Positions 22,414 to 34,511 of a stretch of 64,000 nucleotides of DNA are shown here, piece by piece (the first letter of the stretch is position 1; each line of letters opens with the position of its first letter). This DNA is from Rhynchopus sp. YZ270_cl-10 (taxonomy: Eukaryota), in NCBI GenBank assembly GCA_964035575.1, contig OZ037838.1, positions 558,001 through 622,000 on the forward strand. Direction: 5' to 3'. A program made the position numbers and the translations under genes. The notes below the pieces were generated by a model. That model searched no databases. It worked only from the letters and a program-made list of their open reading frames with translations, and was not told the DNA's origin.

Positions 22414-22810
22414 ATTGTTAAGGGGTCTCTTGTGTTTGATGTGATGGTTGGTGGTGTCACTTCGCAACGACAAATAAGAAGGTTGGTGGGTTGAATACGT
22501 GTTTCAACAAACTCTGATAAGCAAGCAATTTGAAGATACCCTGCAAACACACAGGAGATGTGAAAAGAAACCTCATGGCTTGCCCGTACTGTGGTGTGAA
22601 CGGGGAAGGTACACAACCGCTTGTCGGCAGGCTTGTGTGTCCGTTTACAGCAACCACAAGAGCAGAACACACAAACGATAATGAGACCTGGAGTCTCTCT
22701 TGTTTCTTGAGTGACAGACGGGGGGCATTTTTTTGCGTGCATGTAATTTTTTTTGCTAGTACCTTGGGTTATATTCATCACCACCCTCCCTCCCCTCCCC
22801 TGGTCACACA

Positions 22811-23941
22811 TCACTCACTGTTGTGTGGGTACAGATGTCTCGTCACCAGAACGCCCCCTGAAGGCATGGAGACAACAACGCGTGAACACGGTGATATCGC
22901 AAAGTACTCAGATGACTCACCTCTCTCTTGCGATATCACACGCACACGGGACATGGTCGCCACATCATACTGGTGTAGGCCAGTAACGCATACCGAACCC
23001 CTTTCGTCACATTGTACATCAAAGGTCCTCACCACAAGGTACTCCCCACACGGGGTGAACTGTATTCCCTTGACATCCTCATGCACATCAACACTGCGAA
23101 GAGCCGCACCACTCCAATCATAGAGGTGCACGTCGTTTTCCTCCCCTGCCACAGCAAAGACAGAGGCAGACCGTGAAAGTGCCACCCCTCCACACCACCC
23201 CCCCTCCAGCGGTACACATGCCACAGCTTCACCTGTGTTCACATCCCACAGACGTGTGTTCTTCTCCTTGCTGGAGTAGGTGATCACCCACCCACCACAG
23301 TCCGACACTGCCATCTTCCTGCACCCTTCGTGCGAGAGAGAGTGGAGCAACGTCAGGTCTTCGTCATACACAGAGACGCCGTCTTTGCCCTTCGAGACAA
23401 CAACACCGCCACACGCGAACACTGACCCCGAGTAGCCGTCAACTTTGCGGACCACCTCCCCACCCGGAAGCGCAACCTCGAGAAGGCAATCCTCACACGG
23501 CAGGTAGCAGCGTGTCTTGCACTGCGAGATGGCAGGCGGACCTAGCACAATATGGGGTATGTTGAACTCCAAGACACGGGCAAAGGTTTCTGTGTCGAAG
23601 CCACCAACATTCGTATCATACACATAGATACAGAGCGTTCCACAACGCGACAGCGACATCGCTACGCTCATCGATGACTTCTTCACATTGTACTGAGCAG
23701 GACACTTGATGTCGGCAAAGCGGCGGGCAAGCACAACCTGCACCCCTGCATCAAACGCAGTGTCCTGCAGACGGCACGTCACCTCCAGCACCTGCGTGCC
23801 GATGCGCATCTCGACAGACGCAGGCGAGACAGCAAGCGCCGTGCACGCAACCTCCTTTGCCGCTGCAACGTTCGCCTCGCACGGCACCTCCACTGTCGCA
23901 GTCACGCCTGACTCTTCCAGCACAAAGGTCACATCCATCAT
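22811..23941 (-). CDS. UBL + beta-propeller protein, copy 7 (376 aa)
   Basis: Intact ORF from MMDVTF; upstream in-frame extension not conserved among copies. Confidence 0.9.
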   Translation of the reverse strand: MMDVTFVLEESGVTATVEVPCEANVAAAKEVACTALAVSPASVEMRIGTQVLEVTCRLQDTAFDAGVQVVLARRFADIKCPAQYNVKKSSMSVAMSLSRCGTLCIYVYDTNVGGFDTETFARVLEFNIPHIVLGPPAISQCKTRCYLPCEDCLLEVALPGGEVVRKVDGYSGSVFACGGVVVSKGKDGVSVYDEDLTLLHSLSHEGCRKMAVSDCGGWVITYSSKEKNTRLWDVNTGEAVACVPLEGGWCGGVALSRSASVFAVAGEENDVHLYDWSGAALRSVDVHEDVKGIQFTPCGEYLVVRTFDVQCDERGSVCVTGLHQYDVATMSRVRVISQERGESSEYFAISPCSRVVVSMPSGGVLVTRHLYPHNSE

Positions 23942-24261
23942 TGTGTTGCGTTGCTTCGTGAGAAGGTGCAAATCAGCACGTTTGCTCCACCACAAACGGA
24001 GGGAGTGATGAGGTGGGTGGGGGAGAGGTGTTGTTCTGTATTGCATGTTTGGGTTCTCGTTGTGGTTACCGAGACGGATGTACTCTCCCGAGACCACTAC
24101 ACGTCCACTGCGAGACGGACACGCAAGCAAATACAAAAGTAACCCGCGCAAGAAATCTATGAGTAAAATGGTAACCCTCGCTGTAGGTTGTGTGACACAC
24201 ACTACCAAGGGATATTCCGCAGCTGCACCACTGTCACTGTCTCTGGCTAAACCTAACGATA

Positions 24262-24376
24262 TCCACGTCACGCACACAGGACCAGGTCGCCATAAATACC
24301 CTGACCACAAGGTGCTTCCCGCACGGGGTGAGGTGCGTGCCCTCGACCGCCCATCCACATCAACACTGCGAAGAGC
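24262..24376 (-). pseudogene. Degenerate fragment of the propeller family (blade 6 region)
   Basis: cacgcacacaggac..gtcgcca..gaccacaaggtgcttcccgcacggggtga..catcaacactgcgaagagc. Confidence 0.65.
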
Positions 24377-26312
24377 ATGCGTTCAGCGTAACAGAAAGAA
24401 TGCCCCCTCGTCACCCCCCGTCCCATCGTCTCACCAGAGCAGTTGGTCACCTGACCCCACCCGTCTCGTGTCGAGAACCTGCAGTGGAACGACACCTTCC
24501 CCTGCCTGCGTTCGCATCCCATCAAAAGGGTACCACTGCACACCCTGCCGCACGCAGCGAAGCACCCTACCCACAGCAGACTGGCATCTGTTTCCTCTCT
24601 GATCCTCGTCGCCTGCTCCTGCAACCTGGACAACCCTCCCTCCCAATGTACCGTCCTGCAGGAGTGGTCATGCCGCCGTGCACTATGTCTCAACAAGGGT
24701 GCGAGCAGATGCACCAGCGCCAGCTTAAACACGCGCAGGACAAAGCAGTGCACGTCAAGGCGGCACTCGAGCCATGTGCGTGATCTCTCACATCGTATGC
24801 ACAGCCCTTGCAAAGACCTCTTCACAGCAGGCATCCCGCCCCCACTCCCCACATCCCACTCCCCATGTCCCAAGCCAGGCTCTCTTCCTCACCACAGCCA
24901 CCCTCCAGCCCAGGCCTGCCTGTCTTCTCATTCGCTCTGCACTGCAGCAACATTCTAAACAGCACCCCCCACCCACCTGGTTGGCTCACTCACCACACAC
25001 ACCTCACCACGCCACGGGCGCAATGGAACACAAGCACATCGTCCTTCGGCTGCCACAAACGTCGTCAAAGACGACCTTCGGGCTGCGAAGGGACACCACA
25101 CTGTGATGTGTGCAAAGCTGGCGACGTTCATTACATCGTTTCCGGCAATCAGGAACGACACAGGTCTTCACACCCAACCAGCGACGCTCATCCTCACTCT
25201 ACACAGCAACCAGCAAGCAGCAAGCACGGCAGGCTTGCCACGTACAACCACTGAACTGCCACAGCTGTGCACTGCACCCTCCCTCCCCACCCACCACGTC
25301 GGCCAAACCACTCAAGATTCGTAGTTAAAGGTCGCTATGTCAGGTGCCCACCCTACGTAAACTAATCTGAGATACACACGCCTCACGACCGCAACCCGAA
25401 GGAGTGATACTTAATGAGGACATGAGCACAACAGACTTCGCCTCGAGCGGACCCACATCCTCAGCAGTCTGCCTTTTGCCAACACACAACAAAGATAGCA
25501 GGTGCCGCTGCCTGCACCCAAACCCACACCCCCCCTCAGCCAGAAAACCTCCCAGCACCCTCCCACCAACACAACCCAGGCACCACCCTTCCTCATGCTT
25601 CCCAAAGGCCAACCCATGCAACACCACTCTGCCTCCCCCACATATGAAGCAAGCACCCCTGTGCGAACACTCTCCAGCCTCTCCAACAACTCATTCCTGC
25701 CCAACACCCCAGCACGCACATCCTGCACAGCAATGCACCCCCCATCCCGTTGACGTGCCTCCTCCCCACTCCCCTGGCCGCCTTCATTGGTCACAAAGTC
25801 ATTCTGTGCTTTCCTAGGTGGAACCACTGGAACAAAAAAAACCTCCCACCCCCCAACCCCACCCAACCCAGCAACCCAACGGGCACCGAGACGCAATGAA
25901 CCCCTTTGCTATACATGTGAATCCCTGAGGAATAACGTAAGCAGCTGGGCGGCACTTCAGGACCCCCCTACAGCGCATGAAAACGACAGCAATCAGTATG
26001 CAGAATAGGCCCTAGCCAGCTTAGTGTCATTAAGACACCAAAAAGAACAGTTTCGACTCAAGGGTTCAGCTGCGTGGGAGTACACAAAGGCGTTGTCAGG
26101 GTTGATGCCATTTCCCCAACAGGGGTTCGTAATGTTGGCACGTACGATGTAGTGTTCAGGATGAGACCTAAGTCCAGGTGCACCAATGGATTACCGAGGA
26201 CCCATAAGGAGGAGATGGCAGATGGGAAATGGGTTCAGGATCCTAAGGGATTTGCACAGACGTAAAGGGGGGACGGAACGTTGTATTTTTTTTTTTTTGA
26301 AAGAAGTGGTCA

Positions 26313-27268
26313 GGTACCCAGGCCTAATGCTAACCGTTGGTTCGTCGGTTCACTTTTATTCATTATTTTTTTTATTTATCCGTTGGTTCGTCGGTTCACC
26401 CTTAAAAATGGGGGTTTTTTGGGATGGGGGGTTCTCTGCCTGTGGTATGCCGTGGGTACCTTGGTCCTGGAGATGTGGGCACCTGCGCCCGCATCTTCAG
26501 GAGGAAAGGAGATTATAAGAAGGACACAGCAGTGCATACTGCGGCCCCCACCACTGGGTTCGAGGAGGAGGAGGGTCTGTCAGTCGACGAGACATCGAGT
26601 GTTGGAGAAGTTCTGATCTCTGAAGATACAGAGAGCAGTGTTGCATCTGTTGATGTTAAAGAGGAAAGCGAAGATGGCGATTGCGATGGCGGTGGCGGTG
26701 ACGATGGAGACTTGTTTCAGGGACTCAATGATGCACCCCCCTTGCCGGCATTAAAAAAGTAGCCTACCGTGCGCCTGCGGCGCAGCTCAAAAACTGGCAG
26801 CCCACAGACCTCTACCATAGTTTGGCTGTAAAAATGTTCGGTTTTAGGTCACAAATTTTGAAATGTTGCGTACCGTGGCTTCGCCAGAAAGTTTTGATAT
26901 CAACCGCCGTTTCTTCTTGTCCTGAGGGAAGGTTTCGTTCACTAGAGAGAACCTAATGCGAGGGCTTGACGTGGAAAAACGTGAGAAAAGGGTTGGTTTG
27001 GTTCTTGATGTACGTTACCATCCCACGTCATCACGTATTTACGCGAAATGAACGGACCTTTCGCGCGGAGCGCGAAATTTTTTTTTTTTTGACCCCTTTT
27101 TGGACATATCTTCACGATTTTGGGGAAAATTTTTTTTCATGAAGATAAGCGAAAACCCTGGACCCCTTCCCGGAGGGAAATTTTTTTTTTCGTTTTTTTT
27201 TTTTTTTTTTTCCGTCGGTTCGCTTTTTTCCCCCCTCCCCCAAAGTTAGCATTAGGCCTGCAGGTACC
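26313..27268. mobile_element. Putative TIR element
   Basis: ggtacc.caggcctaatgctaac at ~26313 and its reverse complement gttagcattaggcctgcaggtacc at ~27245. Confidence 0.5.
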
Positions 27269-28680
27269 ACCATGGGCCGCTTTGTTCTTTTTTTGATAAA
27301 TTGTTGGAGGTAGTGCAGTTGCCTCGGTTGTGTTGCCACAGTTTGTGCAATATCCACTACTTTTTTTCCTTTTTGATGAAGGTCAAATGCATTTGTATCT
27401 GTTTTTGCTTTTTTTCTTTTTTGGTTTTTTTTTTTTTTTGATTTTTTTGACTTTGTGTCCGTAAATGGGGCCACTTCTCCAGAAAGAGGGTGGATCGAAC
27501 CGTTAAAGAGAAGAAATCTTGATGATCTGACCTTAAGCCACGTATGCTGAGTCACCTTGAAAAACGATAGCGACGGCGGGCTATGTGGTAGCCATACTAA
27601 GCAAAAAAAAGAGAGGAAGAAGGGGGAAAACTGTGGTTGTTGATGCACCTCCGACCGACCCACGTACGATGCCAGCCATGCGGATGAAAGCACAAGTGGA
27701 AAAAAAATGTTTGTCGAAACGTCCAGCCTTCGCTTCCACGAGCGAGTGGCGTTTAGGGGGAGGGATGTCTGGGAACATAAAAGATTTTTCTTTTTTTTGA
27801 TTTTAGACTACCACAGGATGGCATCGATTTTTCTTTCCTTCACAGAATCCTTAAAAGAGAGCAAATATAAGGACTGCAGCATCAAGCAATATTCCCGCGA
27901 GATTCTGACCCTCATGTAAATGGGGGTGTCAGAAATCTTTCCCTTGGTAGACTTAACTATAAGGGCAATACACACGTATGCAAGCATGGCATCGAAAAAA
28001 AAGGTCGTGCGGCCACTTCGAAACAGGGAAACTGTCCCCACTGCCTTGGGTGATGTGGAACCCTGCCACGGAGAACAAGAAAAGTGTGGTAGTACCAGGG
28101 TCGAGGTGCGTGCACTAAACCTTCGTGCACTGTAGGTAATCGTAACAAAAGGAGAATAGTTTATAAGATGAACCTAAGCCTCTCGTGCATAGTCGCCTTA
28201 TTTTTATTTTTCCTTCCTTCCAAAACTACACACAACGCTTTTGGTTTTTGGGAGACACACAAGGTGCCAGGTTCTATGGTATACACGGAACCACCCTGCA
28301 CCTGTTTGTCATATTGTTTCCCGTGCAATACATGGAGAAACGTTTCGCATTCGAAACAAGGGGAAAGCTTTTTGATAAAAATTAGCGAGATACAAAAACC
28401 AGCGCGTGTGGAAGAAAAAAGGAGAGGAAAATATTTTTTCTGATTCAAAGTGGTGTTTACGTTTTGGGTACGGGGCGGAGAATAAAATCTGTTCGATAAA
28501 AGAAACGCGAGCTTATTGTTTTATCTTGTTCAAAAAAAAAGGTAGAAAATAAAAACGGCGAGTGTCAAGACGGCGAGCTCAGGATGTTGATATAAGATGA
28601 ACGTAAACCTCACACTATTTTAAAAAAATATCAGCTCTCCTCGATTCGTCGCCTCTCCTTGCCTTGTCTCCCTTCCCCTA

Positions 28681-29685
28681 TCATCTAAACCCAAGAGCGC
28701 GTTCAGCAATGCATCCCTTCCACACTGCGGACGGCAGACACAGCATGGCCCCTGTTAGCTCCGCACAGTTCGAGTACTTCAGACACACCTGCCGCGCAAT
28801 GTGTCTGGAATACCCGGCCACCTCCCCCCCCTCCTCCTCCTCCTCCTCCCCATCTCCCCACTTCACGGATGGCAGACACTCCTTGTGTTGATACTTCCTT
28901 CTGTATCGATTGTCAGGAAACCCGAAAAGGAGAAAGACGTGGGGGCATTTAAACGTGAGGATACCACGCCGCAGTGTGGTGAGCGCGAGCGAACGCTCGG
29001 ATGGGTTGGGACGCGGTGGGGTCGAGGCGCCCCACTGGTGGAGGGGGCGCACGCAGGGTGTCGCCGCGACGTGGAGAGGCGCGTCCCCTCCACTGTCCGC
29101 CGCATCGACATCAGCACCGTGCGCTATGAGCAGCGCCACCACCTCGGTATGCCCTGCCCCAGCGGCCATGCTCAGTGCCCCCAACCCACCACCCCCCACA
29201 CCCACCCCCACAGGCACCCCGTACTCCAACAGACACCGTACCACCTCCACATGCCCTTTCACTACCGCAAGTTGCAAAGGCGTGTCACACCCCGGGTTTG
29301 GATCTGCGCCAAGCGAAATAAGAGTGGAAACAGCGTGGTGATGGCCAGCCCTGGCCGCAAGGTGGAGGGGCGTGAACCCAGGGGAGGCGGTGGGCTCTAA
29401 ATCAGCGCCGTAGGAGCTGAGGGAATGGATCATGTGGCAGTCTCCACGGTGGGCGGCGAGGTGCAGTGCGCAGCAGGAGGCTCGGCGTTCGCGAGCGTCG
29501 TGGGCCGCGCCGTGCTGGAGAAGCGCCAGAACTGCCTCGTTGTGGCCACCCCGCGCAGCAAGGAGCAGCGCCGTCCACCCGGCCCCGTCGACAGTCTCAC
29601 AATCAGCACCCTCACCAAGGCAGTGTACAACCTGCATCGTGTCGCCCCCGCGTGCTGCAGTAAGAAGCCTCACAGAGAGATTCAT
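28681..29685 (-). CDS. Ankyrin-repeat protein (~6 repeats); 3' end may be spliced
   Basis: GWTALLLAARGGH, ALHLAAHRGD, GFTPLHLAARAGH, DTPLQLAVVKGH, ALSMAAGAGH, GDAPLHVAA; possible GT-AG intron 28964-28901. Confidence 0.85.
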   Translation of the reverse strand: MNLSVRLLTAARGGDTMQVVHCLGEGADCETVDGAGWTALLLAARGGHNEAVLALLQHGAAHDARERRASCCALHLAAHRGDCHMIHSLSSYGADLEPTASPGFTPLHLAARAGHHHAVSTLISLGADPNPGCDTPLQLAVVKGHVEVVRCLLEYGVPVGVGVGGGGLGALSMAAGAGHTEVVALLIAHGADVDAADSGGDAPLHVAATPCVRPLHQWGASTPPRPNPSERSLALTTLRRGILTFKCPHVFLLFGFPDNRYRRKYQHKECLPSVKWGDGEEEEEEGGEVAGYSRHIARQVCLKYSNCAELTGAMLCLPSAVWKGCIAERALGFR

Positions 29686-29951
29686 CGAGAGAAAGGGGGA
29701 GAGGGAGGGGGAGGGGGGGAGGGGGTGCTGTTCGGTGTTGTTTGTGGTGTGAGAGGTGACGAATGGAAAATTATGCTGAGTATCGCGAAATGAGAGCGTC
29801 GCATGGGCAGCGTGTGAGGTGGGCGACCTGTGTTAGGCAAAGAGAAAAGCAGCAACAGGGCTGAAAGGGGAGTTTCTTGGGGGTGTTTTGAGGGTCTTGG
29901 GTTTGTTTTGGTGGGGCCCTGGGTTATATTCATCACTACTCTGTGCACACA

Positions 29952-31046
29952 TCACTCACTGTTGTGTGGGTACAGATGTCTTGTATCAATGACGCCATCT
30001 GATCGCAAAACCACAACAACGCGTGAACCTGGCGATATCGTAAATAAATCAACTGAGGTTTGCGTCATCGCATGCACACAGGACATGGTTGCCACATCAT
30101 ACTGGCGCAGCACGTGCATAGTCTTTACCACAAGGTACTTCCCACACGGGGTGAACTGCATGCCCCCGACACCCCCACCCACATCAACACTGCGAAGAGC
30201 CGCACCACTCCAATCATAGAGGTGCACACTGCTAGCGTTCTCCACAGCAAAGACAGAGGCAGACCGTAAAAGCGCCACGCAACACCACCTGCCCGCAGGC
30301 ACACATGCCACATCTTCACCTGTGTTCACATCCCACAGACGTACGTCTCTCTCCTTTTCAGAGGAGGTGATCACCCACCCACCACAGTCCGACACTGCAA
30401 CACTCCTGCACCTTTCGTGAGAGAGAGAGCGGAGCAACGTCAGGTCTTCGTCATACACAGAGACCCCGTCTTTGCCTCGGGAGACGACAACACCGCCACA
30501 CGCGGATACTGTGCACGAGGGGCCGTCGACTTTGCGGACCACCTCCCCACCCGGAAGCGCAACCTTGGCAAGACAATGCATACTCGCCAGGTAGCAGCGT
30601 GTCTTGCACCGTGAGATGGCAGGCGCACCCCACACCTCAATGTCTACTTTGAATTTGAAGGCAGGGCTGAAGGTGCCTGTATCGAGGCCGGTGACATATC
30701 CCGCATTCTGTGTTAAGAGGCAGAGTGCTCCACAAGGAGACAGCGATAAACCCACTATACTCATGTCCTGCCCGCCAGGTGGCACCTCTGCAGTGTACTC
30801 AGCAGGACACTTGATGTCGGCAAAGCGGCGGGCAAGCACAACCTGCACCCCTGCATCAAACGCAGTGTCCTGCAGACGGCACGTCCCCTCCAGCACCTGC
30901 GTGCCGATGCGCATCTCGACAGACGCAGGCGAGACAGCAAGCGCCGTGCACGCAACCTCCTTTGCCGCCGCAACGTCCGCCTCGCACGGCACCTCCACTG
31001 TCGCAGTCACCCCTGACTCTTCCAGCACAAAGGTCACATCCATCAT
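29952..31046 (-). CDS. UBL + beta-propeller protein, copy 8 (364 aa)
   Basis: Intact ORF, family motifs. Confidence 0.9.
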   Translation of the reverse strand: MMDVTFVLEESGVTATVEVPCEADVAAAKEVACTALAVSPASVEMRIGTQVLEGTCRLQDTAFDAGVQVVLARRFADIKCPAEYTAEVPPGGQDMSIVGLSLSPCGALCLLTQNAGYVTGLDTGTFSPAFKFKVDIEVWGAPAISRCKTRCYLASMHCLAKVALPGGEVVRKVDGPSCTVSACGGVVVSRGKDGVSVYDEDLTLLRSLSHERCRSVAVSDCGGWVITSSEKERDVRLWDVNTGEDVACVPAGRWCCVALLRSASVFAVENASSVHLYDWSGAALRSVDVGGGVGGMQFTPCGKYLVVKTMHVLRQYDVATMSCVHAMTQTSVDLFTISPGSRVVVVLRSDGVIDTRHLYPHNSE

Positions 31047-31373
31047 TGTTTCAAGAGCTGTGTTGGTGTGATGCAATTGAATGTTCTGTTTGGTGGACAG
31101 TTGAAGGAGCTGAGAGGGTGAACAAGTGGAAAGAAGGGATGGGGTTGGGGGTCGTTGTTTTGGGTTGGGGAAGAAGTTCTGGGGTACAGGACAAAAATGA
31201 ACGGCAGTGAGGACATGAATAGGTCTCACCATGGCGCACATCTCTGTGTGGAGGGCGACGAGGGCGGCCTGGCGGGAGGCGATGTGGTGTTCGGCTGCGA
31301 CAAGGTGGTCTGTGGTGTCTTGCTCGTGGATGCAGATCTGCCATCACTGGATAGGTGTGGTGGGCAAGACGCA

Positions 31374-32513
31374 TCACTCGTTGTGGGGGTACAGATGTCT
31401 CGTCACAATGGCGGTGCTGTTGGACAACGCAAACATAACCACACGCGAACATGGTGATATCGCAAATGACTGACCTGTGACGTCCGGGATCACAAGTACA
31501 CAGGCCATCGTCGCCACATCATACTGTTGCAACTCTGCACATGAAGTTAACAATTGTGCATGACTCTGTACCCTGACCACAAGGTACTTCCCACACGGGG
31601 TGAATTGCATGCCGCCGACGTCACTAACCACATCAATCCTGCCATCAACACTGCGAAGAGCCGCACTACTCCAATCAAAGAGGTGCACGTAACCAGAGCA
31701 GCACACAGCAAAGACAGAGGCAGACCGTGAAAGCGCCACACAACACACCGCAGGCACACATGCCACAGCTTCACCTGTGTTCACATCCCACAGACGCGCG
31801 TTCCTGTTCTCCCAGGAGGAGGTGATCACCCACCCACCACAGTCTGAAACTGCCATGTCCCAGCACTCTGCATGCGAGAGAGAGCGGAGCAACGTCAGGT
31901 CTTCATCATACACAGAGACTGCGTCTTTGCCCTTCGAGACAACAACACCACCACACGCGAACACTGACCCCGAGTAGCCGTCGACTTTGCGGAGCACCTC
32001 CCCACCTGGAAGCGCAACCTCGCGAAGGCCTTCCTTGCACGCCATGTAGCAGCGTGTCTTGCACTGCGAGATGGCAGGCGGACCTCTACCAAGAAAATCA
32101 ATTTCCAACTCAAACGCAGTCTCGAAAGTTTCTGTGTCGAAGCCATCAACACACGTGGACACGACTCCATAATGGGAATTATGATGTGAAAAAACGCAAA
32201 GCGTTCCACAAGGAGACAGCGACACATGTGCTGTCTGCTGTCGTGCAGTGTCGACATTGTACTCAGCAGGACACTTGATGTCGGCAAAGTGAGGGCGGGC
32301 AAGCACAACCTGCACCCCTGCATCAAACGCAGTGTCCTGCAGACGGCACGTCCCCTCCAGCACCTGCGTGCCGATGCGCATCTCAACAGACGCAGGCGAG
32401 ACAGCAAGCGCCGTGCACGCAACCTCCTTTGCCGCTGCAACGCCCGCCTCGCACGGCACCTCCACTGTCGCAGTCACGCCTGACTCTTCCAGCACAAAGG
32501 TCACATCCATCAT
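31374..32513 (-). CDS. UBL + beta-propeller protein, copy 9 (379 aa)
   Basis: Intact ORF, family motifs. Confidence 0.9.
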   Translation of the reverse strand: MMDVTFVLEESGVTATVEVPCEAGVAAAKEVACTALAVSPASVEMRIGTQVLEGTCRLQDTAFDAGVQVVLARPHFADIKCPAEYNVDTARQQTAHVSLSPCGTLCVFSHHNSHYGVVSTCVDGFDTETFETAFELEIDFLGRGPPAISQCKTRCYMACKEGLREVALPGGEVLRKVDGYSGSVFACGGVVVSKGKDAVSVYDEDLTLLRSLSHAECWDMAVSDCGGWVITSSWENRNARLWDVNTGEAVACVPAVCCVALSRSASVFAVCCSGYVHLFDWSSAALRSVDGRIDVVSDVGGMQFTPCGKYLVVRVQSHAQLLTSCAELQQYDVATMACVLVIPDVTGQSFAISPCSRVVMFALSNSTAIVTRHLYPHNE

Positions 32514-32798
32514 ATTGTTAAGGGCTCTGTTGTGTTTGATGTGATGGTTGGTGGTGTCACTTCGCAACGACAAATAAGAACGGGGAATACGTGTTCCTGC
32601 AACAGGGCAAAAGGGGTTTCTTGGGGGTGTTTTGAAAAGCCTTGCATTTTGCTAGGACTCTGGGATATATTCATCACCACCCTCCCCTCCCCTCCCCTGG
32701 CCCACATCACTCACTGCTGTACAGATGCTTTCACCTCTGCACCTTTCCCCTATCCACATGGTCGATGCACGGCGTACCGCTTTCATGGAACAGCGCTC

Positions 32799-32948
32799 TC
32801 AGGGCACCCCCTTAGCATCACGTCCAATGCGCAGCACGTCAAGAATAGCAGTGGCATTCGCCTTCTTGGGCAACCGTTTTGCAACCTCTAGGGGTGTGCG
32901 CCCTGCGTGGTTCACTGCATCGACAGAGGCACCGTGCTTGATGAGCAT
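32799..32948 (-). pseudogene. Ankyrin-repeat fragment (duplicate at ~41260-41409)
   Basis: Translates MLIKHGASVDAVNHAGRTPLEVAKRL...; in-frame stop four codons upstream. Confidence 0.7.
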
Positions 32949-33067
32949 GTCCGTGGTTTACATGAGATATATGGTACTCCCGCTTCCACTCATCATCCAT
33001 GGGTTTGTTTTGGTGGGGCCCTGGGTTATATTCATCACCACCCTCCCTCCCCTCCCCTGGTCACACA

Positions 33068-34163
33068 TCACTCACTGTTGTGTGGGTACAGATGTCTTGT
33101 GTCAATAACGTTATCTGGTTGCAAAACCACAACAACACGTGAACACGGCGATATCGCAAATGAATCAACTGAGGTTTGCGTCATCACATGCACACAGGAC
33201 ATGGTCGCCACATCATACTGGCGCAGCATGTGCATAGTCTGTACCACAAGGTACTTCGCACACGGGGTGAACTGCATGCCCTGGACACTCCCACCCACAT
33301 CAACACTGCGAAGAGCCGCACCACTCCAATCAAAGAGCTGCACACTGCCAGTGTTCTCCACAGCAAAGACAGAGGCAGACCGTGAAAGCGCCACGCAACA
33401 CCACCAACCCGCAGGCACACATGCCACAGCTTCTCCTGTGTTCACATCCCACAGACGTACGTCTTGCTCTTTTTCAGAGGAGGTGATGACCCACCCACCA
33501 CAGTCCGACACTGCCACACTCCTGCACTGCTCATGCGAGAGAGAGCGGAGCAACGTCAGGTCTTCGTCATACACAGAGACCCCGTCTTTGCCTCGGGAGA
33601 CAACAACACCGCCACACGCGAACACTGTGCACGAGGGGCCGTCGACTTTGCGCAGCACCTCCCCACCCGGAAGCGCAACCTTGGCAAGACAATGCATACT
33701 CGGCATGTAGCAGCGTGTCTTGCACCGTGAGATGGCAGGCGCACCCCACACCTCAATGTCTACTTTGAACTTGAAGGCAGGGCTGAAGGTGCCTGTATCG
33801 AGGCCGGTGACATATCCTGCACTCTGTAAAGAGGCAGAGTGCTACACAAGGAGACAGCGATAAACCCTCTATATTGATGTCCTGCCCGCCAGGTGGCGCC
33901 TCTGCAGTGTACTCAGCAGGACACTTGATGTCGGCCAAGCGAGGACACGCAAGCACAACCTGCACCCCTGCATCAAACGCAGTGTCCTGCAGACGGCACG
34001 TCCCCTCCAGCACCTGCGTGCCGATGCGCATCTCGACAGACGCAGGCGAGACAGCAAGCGCCGTGCACGCAACCTCCTTTGCCGCTGCAACGTCCGCCTC
34101 GCACGGCACCTCCACTGTCGCAGTCACCCCTGACTCTTCCAGCACAAAGGTCACATCCATCAT
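33068..34163 (-). pseudogene. UBL + beta-propeller copy 10 (single 2-bp frameshift ~33826); close paralog of copy 8
   Basis: ctctgtaaagagg vs ttctgtgttaagagg in copy 8. Confidence 0.85.
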
Positions 34164-34511
34164 TGTGTTGCGTTGCTTCGTGAGAAGGTGCAAATCAGCA
34201 CGTTTGCTCCACCACAAACGGAGGGAGTGATGAGGTGGGTGGGGGAGAGGTGTTGTTCTGTGTTGCATGTTTGTGGTGGTTCTCGTTGTGAGAGGTGACG
34301 AATGGAAAATGACACTCAGCATCGCGATCTGTCACCCACACGAGAGCGCCACATGGGCAGCGTGTGAGGTGGGCAACCTGTGGCAGGCAAACAAGAGAAA
34401 AGCAGCAACAGGGCTGAAAGGGGAGTTTCATGGGGGTGTTTTGAGGGTCTTGGGTTTTTACTGGTACCCTGGGTTATATTCATCACCACCCTCCCCTCCC
34501 CTGGTCACACA

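Noticed and set aside
23942..24358. N-terminal extensions of family ORFs (MSLRSDTT.., 515 aa and 445 aa calls)
   Set aside because: Mostly start at non-ATG codons or in unrelated flanks; conservation among all copies begins at M(M)DVTF
28048..28075. 2A-like peptide (GDVEPCHG)
   Set aside because: Lacks the NPGP motif
27820..28135. Possible decayed recombinase or other gene remnants (also ~26070, ~38260, ~53650)
   Set aside because: Short, interrupted frames with no diagnostic motif that I can recognise
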